Shown here one piece after another: positions 63,858-64,000 of a stretch of 64,000 nucleotides of DNA. Source of the stretch: Amoebidium appalachense (Eukaryota > Protista > Ichthyosporea). The notes beneath the pieces were generated by a model that was not told the DNA's origin, searched no databases, and was given only the letters and a program-made list of their open reading frames with translations. The number at the start of each line of letters is the position of its first letter. Position 1 is the first letter of the stretch. The translations under genes were made by a program, and so were the position numbers. The stretch is from contig CAVNZM010000003.1 of the NCBI GenBank assembly GCA_963693365.1, positions 9,127,019-9,191,018 on the forward strand. Direction: 5' to 3'.

Positions 63858-64000
63858 CTGTTAGGTTATTAAGTCAGTTTGCCTTGATTATTGGAGACCG
63901 TCATCATATAATCCGTAACTGATTATCTATTGGGAAAGTTAGTGTGTGCACAGATGCATCATAAGGTAGGGTTGGTAAGTTAGGCCCGTGGGCGGGTGTG

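Overview
Eukaryotic, intron-rich DNA saturated with poly-C/G, (CA/GT)n and (CT/GA)n tracts, so most entries in the ORF track are low-complexity artefacts. The gene families suggest an opisthokont, possibly a unicellular holozoan, but that is inference only. Manual GT-AG splicing gives five multi-exon genes. These are a CYHR1/ZFTRAF1-like RING-TRAF protein (-, runs off the left edge), a NUDT7/8-type CoA diphosphatase (+), a PACSIN-like F-BAR protein without SH3 (-), an ankyrin + RING-like gene (+, 5' end not found) and a type-I membrane protein (-, runs off the right edge). Two genes are intronless: a ferroportin-fold transporter whose known metal ligands are substituted, and a secreted prepro-protein with a prohormone/preprotoxin-like layout. 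The centre (31.9-38.3 kb) holds a triple nest. An RT-less tyrosine-recombinase retrotransposon with identical split direct repeats (A1...B1-A2-B2) sits without a TSD inside a 5'-truncated LINE, which in turn splits a ~134-bp element that has an intact copy at 20.0 kb. MITE-like elements and a CCAAT-bearing ~60-bp minisatellite lie to the right. All family assignments come from motif recognition by eye; no searches were run.
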